A stretch of DNA of 64,000 nucleotides, from the NCBI GenBank assembly GCA_964016885.1, contig OZ024746.1, positions 92,566,001 to 92,630,000 of the forward strand, read 5' to 3'. Below the pieces are notes generated by a model. It was not told the DNA's origin. It searched no databases and saw only the letters and a list, made by a program, of their open reading frames with translations. The DNA is from Eledone cirrhosa. Its lineage: Eukaryota. Shown here piece by piece: positions 27,533 through 38,663 of the stretch. The position numbers and the translations under genes were made by a program. Within the stretch, counting starts at the first letter, position 1. Every line of letters starts with the position of its first letter.

Positions 27533-28430
27533 GTTGTTGTCTTCCTGTTTCTTCTACAACAACTACAACGGTACGCGATCGGGCCAACCCACAGCCCCGG
27601 CAGACAGAATGGAGAATGCGTTTCCCCGGAGGACGGCAAGGGAGATGCGCTGGAAAAGCCACTCCAACTCGCGGGGCTCACACCTGCGGCTGGCCAGCTC
27701 AGCGCCTATGGTGGTGAGTAAGGAGGTAGCCCTGGGGCCGAGGACACCAGAAGTCTCCACTGCCAGTGGTACAACTGCAAACCTGTCAGAGAGTGACCGG
27801 TATTTGAGGAGTTTGGCCCCCTCAGCCCGACATGCAGCAGAACCTGCGTCAGTCGCAGACTGCACCAGGTTGTGGCTACAGAAAGTGTCGGTGCAAGTAG
27901 CATCTCAGATGAGGGGTTTGCCACCGCGGAACGGGAAGATGGTCATGCCATCTGGCCTTTTGCCGTCCCCTCGATCCAGCCCCACCGGCTCGAGCTGGGA
28001 AGGGAAGCCTGCAGCGTCCAAGCCATGCTTAATAACCTTGTTGAGGGCAGCATGGCGTGGAATGCGGCCGGCACTGTGGCGACAGGAAGGCAGCTAGAGG
28101 CTGAAAGAGTCCACGGCGTGGCTGGCAGATCCGGAGGCCGAGCCTCAGGGAAACGCCAATGCACAGGCTATGGTTGTCTAGCTGCATGCCAGTGGAGAAA
28201 GAGGGCAGGGCATGGAGCCAGGCACGACTGTGGGGTTTGGAGGCCGCACGAAAACAAGCATGGCGGTGCTGGTCGAACTGGCACGTGGGCCTGTCTGAGG
28301 CCAGGCTGCACTGGATGGCATCCCAAGTGTGTTGGGGGGGACTTGACGTCAACAGGGGGAGAAGGAGGAGGGACATCTACTGGGCTAAGTCCCAGCTGGT
28401 CCCACGTCTCACAGGCAGCCTCACATTCTC
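27533..28430 (-). mobile_element. 5'-truncated CRE-like non-LTR retrotransposon (restriction-like endonuclease C-terminus)
   Basis: AWLHALP..LRLG, RHAALN, KRPDG..WDATC, E.AK..KY, VPLAVETSG.LG and LFQRISLAVLRGNA; GC-rich island. Confidence 0.85.
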
Positions 28431-29061
28431 TGTAGTGTTAAGTTAAGTCTTAACTCTAATACTGTAAATTTTCAACCGATAATATGAACATTTATAAACA
28501 AAGATACTATAAACATTTGCAGTAACAAACTAGTTTTTAGACATTTTCTGCTAAATAATTTCAAAATTGTTAAGTGTTAAGAAACTCTCCTTTTTCTCTC
28601 ACTTCTTCCTGGTTGGATTGTGGGGTCAGAGTCCTCAAACTCTCTTTCTAACAACTGTCTTCAATTGATTACTCACCCAGTAATACTTGAACAGTATTAA
28701 GAAGATTTTTTTGTTTAAAGAAGACAATATGTCTCTGAGTATTACATTAAATCTGACATATTTCAGTTAATCCAGATGTAGAGAAAATAGATTTGATAAT
28801 ATATGCTGTACTAGAGTTGTAAACTATTCCAGGAAAATGTTTAATCTTCTCTGCTATTGACTCTCACCAACCACTTTACAGAGTGTACTGAGTGTGTTTA
28901 TCATGTGGATCACCAATTCAAGGGAGGTTGTACCTTTAACACAACTGAAGGTTCCTTCTGACTCTTTCTTTGCAAAGCTTTTTACAGCTGGATGCCATTT
29001 CTATTACCAACCATTTTACAGAGTATAATGTGTACGATAAATCTATTCTTTAATTTTTCAG

Positions 29062-29135
29062 CTATGGAAATCCTAGATGGAGATGAAGTGAGAGTTTCAT
29101 CGCGAGGTAGATATGCTGAAAGAGATATTGTTCAG
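29062..29135 (+). CDS. Copine exon: (A)[24 protein letters not shown]
   Basis: TTTTTCAG / GTAAAT; phase 1-0; motif LDGD..RDIVQ. Confidence 0.95.
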
Positions 29136-29331
29136 GTAAATCTTATTTCTGATGTCAATATTTATGTTATTTTCATGGTGTTGTATATGTCTGTGATTCT
29201 GGAATTTTACACCTGGGATATCAATTACATAGTCAAAAAATTGAAGCATAAAAACATAGTATAGAGACATAATGGTCCATTGAGATACTGTGGTTCTAAT
29301 TGTTGAAATGTAAAAACTGCGAAGATTATCA

Positions 29332-29560
29332 AACATCTACCAATACATGGAGGGTATAAAAAGATAAATAACATCTACCAATACATGGAGGGTATAAAAA
29401 GATAAATAACATCTGCCAATACATGGAGGGTATAAAAAGATTCAACAACATCTACCAATAATTGGCGACTACAAAATGAGAAACAACATCTACCATTGCA
29501 TGGTGAGTGTAAAAAGATAACATCCACCAATACATGGAGAGTATAAAAAGATTCAACAAC
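29332..29560 (+). repeat. Degenerate ~38-bp tandem repeat
   Basis: AACATCTACCAATACATGGAGGGTATAAAAAGAT.. repeated ~6 times. Confidence 0.7.
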
Positions 29561-29699
29561 AGAAACTTTTGGTTGCTTTATAGTTGTCCTTGTTTCTCCC
29601 CAAAAAGAAAACATAAATAACGAAAATTAATTTTCATTATTTATGTTTCTTTTGACTTCTGTTGTCCTCTTTCGTTCCTCTCTCTGCCTCACTCTTATA

Positions 29700-30676
29700 A
29701 TAATGAAAATTGTGTACAGTGCTCAGGTGCACTACAACTCATCAAAGGTGCATGTATGGTACATAGAATAATGTACAAATGTCAGGAAAGTGAACATTGT
29801 ATGAGTCATGAAATACATGTGTGCATGTGTATGGAGGAGGGGGATATCAGGTGTAGTGTCAGCGAATTTCAGGAAGCATGGAAGTTTTAAAGGATGCAGT
29901 GTCTCGGCAGCTAACAACGGATGCAGGTAGTTTGTTCCATACTTCAGCAATTCTGAGCATGAAAAAATGTTTCCGAAAGTCATGGGAGCTGTGCTGTTTT
30001 CTGACTTTGTAGGCATGTCCACGGGTGTTAGATACATGGAAATCAAAAAGGTGTTCACGGTTGTTGTTGGCAAGATGGTTAATAATTTTTGGGGTGTTTA
30101 CCAAGTCAGTTGCCAGACATCGGAGCTTCAATGTATCCATTCCCAGGGAAGCAAGGCGTTCAGAGTATGGTAGATGCCTGATGGAGGGTATTCACTTGGT
30201 TGCTCGTCTCTAAACAGTTTCCAGGAGATAAATATTCTGAGCAAGATAAGGGTTCCAGACTGGTGATGCAAATTCTAAGTGTGGCCACACCATAGCTATA
30301 TTCAGCTTTAAATAGATAGATGGAGAGCGACTGATAAAGGTCTTACTGAGTAATGCTAAGACACCCTTGGCCTTCTTGACAATTGATGTGCTTTGTCCAA
30401 CGCAAATCGCTGCTGACAATAATTGCCCAGGTCACGTTCACAAAACGATTTCTTGAGATTGGTGTTGTGAAGGAAGTATGTGAACGCTGGGTTTTTCCAC
30501 CCAAAATACATGGTGGTACACTTGTCCACAGCCAGCTTGAGTTGCCAGTCTATAATTCATTGCTGCATTGTGTCCAGGTCTGATTGCAAGAAAGATCTGT
30601 AGCATACAGGATCTGTCCTCTTCATCTCAAGGAACAACTTGATGTCATCTGCATATTTCAGCACTGTGGCATTTTG
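29700..30676 (-). mobile_element. CR1-group LINE 3' fragment
   Basis: KYADDIKLF, PHLEFASPVWNP, TRGHAYK and WNKLPASVV motifs with stops. Confidence 0.85.
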
Positions 30677-31596
30677 CTTTTGTTTCTTAATTGTAAGGAG
30701 TATTAGATACCTCTCCTAGTCTGTCCTGACATACTAGCTCTATATACGGTTACTAGGTGATAGTCGATACATCGATCTTCCACGATCAATCAACCCTCTG
30801 AAAATAATTAACTACTTACCTATGACTTCTGTTTTCTTTTTCTTTTTCTTTTTCTTTTTTTTTTATTGTTCTATGCACAAACACACACATATATATATAT
30901 ATATATAAATTCGGAGTAATCTAAAAGATGCACAGCCGAGAAAGGAGAGATAAGTAATGCAGAGTAATCTCCCTTTAATCATGCCATGAAAGCTAAAAGT
31001 TTTTTTATTAAACTTTATATTCAGAGATACTAGATGTTTACAAAGATGAATTGAAGTAGCAGAAAATATATGTATGAAAGTGTGCTTTTGTGTGTGTGTA
31101 TATGTACGTATGAAAGTATGTTTTGTGTGTGTATGTTTAAGCAGAAAGGTTACGAGTCAGAGGAAAAAAAATAAGTTAACAACTTTTTCTAGTTTTATTT
31201 TATTTTATTACTTTTTTAAAACTTTTAATATGGATAAGAAAATTGAAGTACTTTCACATAAATTTTATCTATGTTGGAAAAATGCATTTTACAGATCTGA
31301 ATATATATATATATATGTGTGTGAAAAGTAAACAAGATAAAATAAAAATTTCCCAATTTACTCCAATGTCATGACTGCAGTTTCACTGTGTAATCAACAA
31401 CTTGGATATTCCATTAATATAAGATATCTGTCACTGAGATATCACAAATCCTCTGGGATCTTCTTAATCAAAGAAAAACTTATTTCAACTGATCCGTTAC
31501 CAGTGATAATGGGAAAACATGGTAGACGGTCAACAGAAGGGTAACAGTAGGTGAACTATTGGTGAGTAACTAGAAAGAGCAGTCCATTTCAACCCA

Positions 31597-31713
31597 ATTT
31601 TTTACTTGACCATAAAAGAGTATCACTTATAAGAGATACTCTTTTATGGTCAAGTAAAAAATGTATCTTCAATAATTGTGTTCTATACTATAACACAATT
31701 ATTGAAGATACAT
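31597..31713. repeat. Two abutting palindromes (28-bp and 22-bp perfect stems)
   Basis: 31597-31624 pairs with 31635-31662; 31661-31682 pairs with 31692-31713. Confidence 0.9.
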
Positions 31714-31763
<50 letters not shown>

Positions 31764-31905
31764 AGTTTATGTTGGTTGTATACCAACACCTCAGTATGCA
31801 GGCTGGAGCACTCGACGAAGTGCGCAGGTTGGTTTGGTTACTCCGGAGTAGTGTAAAATAAAGTTAAATAAAAAGTCAAATGATTAAAATTTAGCTTCGT
31901 TTATT

Positions 31906-31960
31906 ACTGCTATATATATTTCAGTGACAGCCATCTTTGGCTATGACCTCTTCAGGCAGT
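31906..31960 (-). ncRNA. Minimal type I hammerhead ribozyme motif
   Basis: Minus strand: ACTGC-CTGAAGA-GGTCATAGCC aaagat GGCTGTCACT-GAAAT ATAT ATA-GCAGT. Confidence 0.75.
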
Positions 31961-32126
31961 TTGAATTAGTATGGTATAGACAAGTACATATATTGTTGAG
32001 GTGTATAATATTGTCAATACTCTGATATGCCCAGTTCCTGGTTGGGTTGTTATTTCACTGAGGAACTGGAATCATAGGTCGACTTTGCTTGGCCACAGTC
32101 AAAGCTTCGATTTTACTAAGCTTCCA

Positions 32127-32164
<38 letters not shown>

Positions 32165-32861
32165 TCGAAGCTTTGGCTGTGGCCAAGCAAAGTCGACCTA
32201 CAATAGGAATGAGTTAACAAAGCACTCAATAAGGGTAGGTCCGTTTAAATAGCTTGACAAATTGAAAATTGTGGTAGGCAAAACCCAACCAAACAATACC
32301 AAAGTAACGAAAGAACTAATCAGGTTAAAAAACATATATATATATATATATATCATCATCATAATCGTTTAAAGTCTATCTTCCATGCTAGCATGGGTTT
32401 AGACAGGAATTGTCCCACTTGAGGCAAGATTGGTCGTCTCGCTCGTATAGGACTGTCTATCAGGTTTTCTACGGCTGGATGCCCTTCCTAACACCAACCA
32501 CGTTTATAGTGTGGACTGTGTGTTTTTTGTCGTGACACCTACACGACTTCATTTATTTAGGACTGGATGTTGTGGTACCAACATAACTTTACAGAGAAAG
32601 GGGTGGTGTTGATGGCGGTGGAGTAGAGGTAGTGGGATGGGGGTGTATATTTGGTTAAGAAGTGCCTACTGACTGTAGGTTTCGCTTTGTACATAGGCAA
32701 GGCGAGTCTTCTGTATTACTGCGTAGCGCCAGAGATCTCGGTCCAGTGTCATTGTTTTAGAGAGGTGTAAGTGTGTAAGGTCAGAATTTATGAAATCATT
32801 CCAGGTTTTTCTGGGTTTGCCTACTCTGTAACTTCCATCAATTTTGATCGCCCTGCACTTT

Positions 32862-32895
<34 letters not shown>

Positions 32896-32960
32896 TAAGT
32901 ATAGGCATACATATATATATATATTTTTTTATCTTACTCTTTTCTTATTCTATTTTCTAG

Positions 32961-33164
32961 TTTGTTCCAATGAGGAATTTTACATTTGGCAACCGAGGGG
33001 ATAATTCCCAGACCATACAAGCTCGTTTGGCTAAAGAAGTACTGGAAGAGATACCTGATCAATTCTTGTCTTTCATGAAAAAACACAAAATAACACCAAA
33101 ACCACCGTTAATGAGGCAACAAACCATTTCTTCCATCACATCATTGCCTGCATCTGAACAGTGA
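32961..33164 (+). CDS. Copine terminal coding exon: FVPMRNFTFGNRGDNSQTIQARLAKEVLEEIPDQFLSFMKKHKITPKPPLMRQQTISSITSLPASEQ*
   Basis: TTTTCTAG acceptor; FVP and LAKEVL.EIP.Q motifs; TGA ends at 33164. The spliced product is CPNE5/8/9-like; exact orthology is not assignable by eye. Confidence 0.95.
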   Translation, partial: FVPMRNFTFGNRGDNSQTIQARLAKEVLEEIPDQFLSFMKKHKITPKPPLMRQQTISSITSLPASEQ

Positions 33165-33662
33165 AGTAATTCACAGTTTCGATCTATTTCAAAACCATGT
33201 AACAGCCTTCCCATTTTCCGTCCACCTTGCATCGTCTACTTGCAATGGTGACACACTGAATCTATTCAGTTGACTTCTATGCTAAACTTTATCCAGAATT
33301 GATAAAAAATTCATAATAATCAAAAGCCTTTGGTATATAACATACACGTTTTCTTCTGCTGAGTTTCAGTGCAACTTTATTCCACTGAAAGTTAGCAATA
33401 CCAAGTATCTGGAAATTATATTCACCTAAAGTGAAAAGGAAAAAATATTAAACATTATTTGTTTTTTATATATATATATATTTTTTCTCATGATGTAAAG
33501 CTTTCCATTAATGAATATTTCTTCTGTATCATCTAATATGCAAACACTCTCTCTCTCTTTCTCTCTCTCTCAACATTTTCAACTCCATTCTCCCCATTTA
33601 CTAGCAACATTCCTTCTAATTTTTCCCAACCGACATTTCCTGCTCTGAGCATAAATATTTTG

Positions 33663-34570
33663 AATTCAAACCTACACCATACCAAACCTACAGTACACCA
33701 CCATTTCAAACCTATACCACACCACCATTTCAAATCTACACCACACCACCATTTCAAACCTACACCACACCACCATTTCAAACCTACTGTACACCACCAT
33801 TTCAAACCTACAGTACACCACCATTTTAAAATTAACAGTATACTAATATTTCAAACCTACACCACTTGAGCATTTCAAACCTACGCTGCACTACATTACA
33901 CCACCATTTCAAACCTACACCACACCACCATTTCAAACCTACTGTACACCATTTCAAACCTACAATACACCACCATTTCAAACTTACACTACACCACCAT
34001 TTCAAACCTACAGTACACCACCATTTTAAAATTACAGTACACTAACATTTCAAACCTACACCACGCCACCATTTCAAACCTACACTGCTCTACATTACAC
34101 CACCATTTCAAACCTACAGTACACCACCATTTCAAACATACAGTACACTACCATTTCAAACCTACTGTACACCAAACGTACACCACACCACCATTTCAAA
34201 CCTACAGTTCACCACCATTTCAAACCTACAGTACACTACAATTTCAAACCTACAGTACACCACCATTTCAAAGCTACACCACACCACCATTTCAAAGCTA
34301 CACCACACCACCATTTCAAACCTACACCACACCACCATTTCAAACCTACACCACACCACCATTTCAAACCTACAACACACCACCATTTCAAAGCTACACC
34401 ACACCACCATTTCAAACCTACACCACACCACCATTTCAAACCTACAGTACACCAAACTTACACTACACCACCATTTCAAACCTACAGTACACCAAACCTA
34501 CACCACACCACCATTTCAAACCTTCAGTACACCAAACTTACACCACACCACCATTTCAAACCTACAGTAA
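33663..34570 (+). repeat. 24-bp minisatellite (CACCACCATTTCAAACCTACAGTA), array 1
   Basis: Direct repetition; source of the KWWC/FEMVV ORFs. Confidence 0.95.
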
Positions 34571-34728
34571 AGCTACTGAGTAGCAACATATATTAAGCCT
34601 CATTACAACTACAGACACTGCACACATCACACACTCACATACAGACCCACACATCTCAGAGGGAATGTTGCTAACCAACCATGTATCATAAAAATAATTT
34701 TGACAGTTAAGAAAATTTAATTCACTTC

Positions 34729-34742
34729 AATAAAACAATAAA
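34729..34742 (+). terminator. Candidate copine polyadenylation signals (2 x AATAAA)
   Basis: Tandem AATAAA ~1.6 kb after the stop; not verifiable without transcripts. Confidence 0.35.
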
Positions 34743-36694
34743 AGTTAACGAATGGAAAAAGGCATTTCACTTCCTTGACTTCTTTTAAAACTGACATATA
34801 CACATAACACACACATATAATACACACACATATGACACTCATATAACACATATAGCACACACATATCATACATTCTTTCTCTGGTTCCAACTGAAATCTG
34901 TGGCTGCAAGAGATGTAATCTTCCTTCTAAGTTATAACCATTATATAAACTTGAATGGGATTTTACAGCGTGAGTCGAAATCCCGCCGAGGTTAACTTTG
35001 CCTTTCATCCTTATGGGGTCGATAAAATAAAGTACCAGTAATACACTGGGATAATTGCTGGCCTTGTGCCAAAAGTAGAAACAATTATATAAACTTTATC
35101 GTTATATAAGCTTGACCATTATACAATCTTAAGAGTTATTCAAAATTGACCGTTATATAAGCTTGACCATCATACCAACTTGACCAAGTTTAACTGTTAT
35201 ATAAGCGTGACTATTATACAAGTGTGACCGTTTATTTATTATACAAACTTGACCGTTATATGAACTTGACCTTTATCTAAGCTTAAGCTAATGCTCACGA
35301 TTTATAGGTTTGCCCGTTATATAAGTTTGACCGTTATAAAGAGTGTAAGTGAGCCAGAAAAAGACATTTCTATCATTTTGTGATCTATCAGATCAAAGGA
35401 TAAAGCTACACAAGGTTGGTTTGAATGTCGGATATCTACATGGGTTGATAGAGAGAAATCATATCACATTAACAAGACATCCTTTCTTGTACAGTGACAT
35501 AACCATGGTAACAGCTATTTAATTATCGTGCGGTTTAAATTTTGCCGTTATGGTCCAATCCAAAAGTGGACCATTGTATATTGTCGAAAACAGAAGAGCC
35601 CCTCATTTTTCACTTCCACCCACAGAAATGTTGCTACTACAGTGCTAATATAAATTTGTTGGTTGACTAAGTTCCACCTTCATCCAGGAACTCTCAACTC
35701 CTCCGCACATCACACATCTTATGTCCATCTCTCATACCAATCACCATTCTCATTCATTCCTCCAGACCTTTTCAATTCCCTCTCAATATCACTTCTTCCT
35801 ACAACATACAATTTTTCAAGAGGAACATTTGTATATCCCAACAATCTTAGGAGAAAAAACATAATTCTTCCACCAGACCCATTCTTTTGTTTGTGATTTG
35901 TTTTAAAATATGATCTTGCAATCCAAATATTTCTATTCAAAATATTTCAATATTAACTGTTGTTTGTAATTCAAGTTCATTCAGTTAACAATGTACTCTT
36001 GGTTGCTGTTAACCATTAACATCTAAACTTAGAGTGAATCCTTCATAATGAGACATGAAGCATGCAAATAGTTCCTCAAAGTCTTTAAAATCTAATTTAA
36101 ATATTATTCAAACTGTTTATATGATAAAATTGGTGCTTAAGTTGGTTCTTTTCAAGATATCTAAAATATTTACATTTTATTAAAGTAGATTTCTGCCTGA
36201 ACACTAAAAGACACAACTAAAGATTCTGAGGTCAAATTTTACCAGAGTTAATTTAGCCTTCATCTCTTTGAAATCAGTTGAATCAGAAAGATCATCTACT
36301 AATCAGAAAAATCATCTACAAATATTGGTTTTGTGCCTTTGCAAAAGACAGTTTTACACAATATGAAAAATTGTTCTGTGTTTAATTTGAGTTTATAAAA
36401 TTCCTTAAATATAAACATTAGAAATTTGTGTTTGCATATCATCATCATCATCATCATCACTGTTTTCCATGCTAAGGCCAGACTGGCTTGGTTTTACTTT
36501 ACAGAGTGTACTGTGTGTACGGTTTCTACAGCTCGATGCCCTTCATAACACAAACCATGACTTTTCCCACCAGAACTACAACCTTACAAAGTGGACTGAA
36601 TGCTTTCATCATGGCATTAATAGTTTTCCATGCCAGCATGGGTTAGACCGGGTTGTTTTATCTCTCTGTTTCTACAGGTAGAAAAGGAGATCGA

Positions 36695-37735
36695 GGCATG
36701 ACTTTAGACAGTTGGAATCACTTTCCGACTGCACAGCTGCAATCACCTTTAGACAGCTGGTGTCACTTTTGGACAGATGAAGTCACTTTTAGACCACTGG
36801 AGTGACTTTTAGGATCCTAGAGTTACTTGTAAACCGCTGTGGTGATTTTTAGACAGCTAGCGTCACTTTTAGAGAGCTAATATGACTTTTAGACAGCTAG
36901 AGTTACTTTATGCAGCAGGAATTACTTTTAGTTAATTTTAAAAAGCTGGAGTCACGTTTAGACAGCTAGAAATGCTTTTAGACAGCTGGAGTTACTTTCA
37001 GAAAGCTGAAATAACTTTTAGACAGCTGCAGTGCTGTTTAGACTGCTGGTATCACTTATGGACAGATAGAGTCACTTTTAGACAGCTAGGGTGACTTTCA
37101 GAAAGCTGAAATCACTTTTTGACAGTTGGAGTGACGTTTAGACACCTGGGGTGACTTTTAGACAGCTTCAGTGATTTTATACAGCTGGGGTCACTTTTTG
37201 ACAGCTGGAGGCAATTTTAGACAGCTAGAGTTACTTTTAGACAGTTGGGGTCAGTTTTAGACAATTGGAGATGCTTTTAAACAGCTGCGGTGACTTTTAG
37301 ACAGCTAGAGTGACGTTTAGACATCTGGGGTCAGTTTTAGACAGCAAGAGTTACTTTTAGACTGCTAAGGGCAATTTGAAACAGCTGGAATCAGTTTCTG
37401 ACTGCAGGGGTGACTTTTAGATAGCTAGAATCAGATTTAGACCGCTGGTGTCACTTATGGACAGCTAGAGTCACTTTTAGACAGCTGGGATGACCTTTAG
37501 ACAGCTAGAGTTACTTTTAGACAGCTGGGGTGACCTTTAGACAACTAGAGTTACTTTTAGACAGCTGGGTGACTTTTAGACAGTTAGAGTTACTTTTAGA
37601 CAGCTGGAGTCAACTTTAGACAGCTAGAGTCAATTTTAGACAGCTAGATTTACTATCAGGCAGCTGGAGTGAATTTTAGACAGCTAGAGTCACATTCAGA
37701 TAGCTGGGGTTTTAGTTAGCTAGAGTCAGATTTAG
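36695..37735 (+). repeat. Degenerate 20-bp satellite (GAGTCACTTTTAGACAGCTG)
   Basis: About 50 diverged units. Confidence 0.9.
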
Positions 37736-37739
37736 TCCA

Positions 37740-38647
37740 ATACACCACCATTTCAAACCTACAGTACACCACCATTTTAAACCTACTGTACACCACCATT
37801 TCAAACCTACAACACTCCACCATTTCAAACCAACAATACACTACCATTTCAAACCTACACTACACCACCATTTCAAACCTACGATACACCACCCTTTTCA
37901 ATCCTACACTGCACCAACATTTCAAACCTACAGTACACTACAATTTCAAACCTACAGTACACCACCATTTTAAACCTACAGTACTCCAAAGTTACACCAC
38001 ACCACCATTTCCAACTTACACCACATAACCATTTCAAAGCTACTGTACACCACCATTTCAAACCTACACCACACCACCATTTCAAACCTACAACACACCA
38101 CCATTTCAAACCTACAGTACACCACCATTTCAAACCTTCACCACACCACCTTTTCAAACCTACAGTACACCACCATTTCAAACCTACATCACACCACCAT
38201 TTCAAACTTACAACACACCACCATTTCAAACCTACAACACACCACCATTTCAAACCTACAATAAACCACTACTCTACACCACCATTTCAAAGCTACAGTA
38301 TACCACCATTTCAAACCTACAGTACACCACCATTTCAAACCTACATCACACCACCATTTCAAACTTACAACACACCACCATTTCAAACCTACAACACACC
38401 ACCATTTCAAACCTACAACACACCACCATTTCAAACCTACAGTAAACCACTACTCTACACCACCATTTCAAAGCTACAGTACACCACCATTTCAAACTTA
38501 CACCACACCACCATTTCAAAGCTACAGTACACCACCATTTGAAACCTACTGTACACCAAAGCTACTCTAGACCGAACCTACACTGTTTGAAATAGTGGTG
38601 TGGTGTAGGTTTGAAATGGTGGTGTACTGTAGGTTTGAAATGGTGGT
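37740..38647 (+). repeat. 24-bp minisatellite array 2, with the last ~2.5 units inverted
   Basis: Same unit as array 1; 38587-38647 reads TTTGAAATGGTGGTG.. (reverse complement). Confidence 0.9.
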
Positions 38648-38663
38648 TTAGAAGATAGAATCC

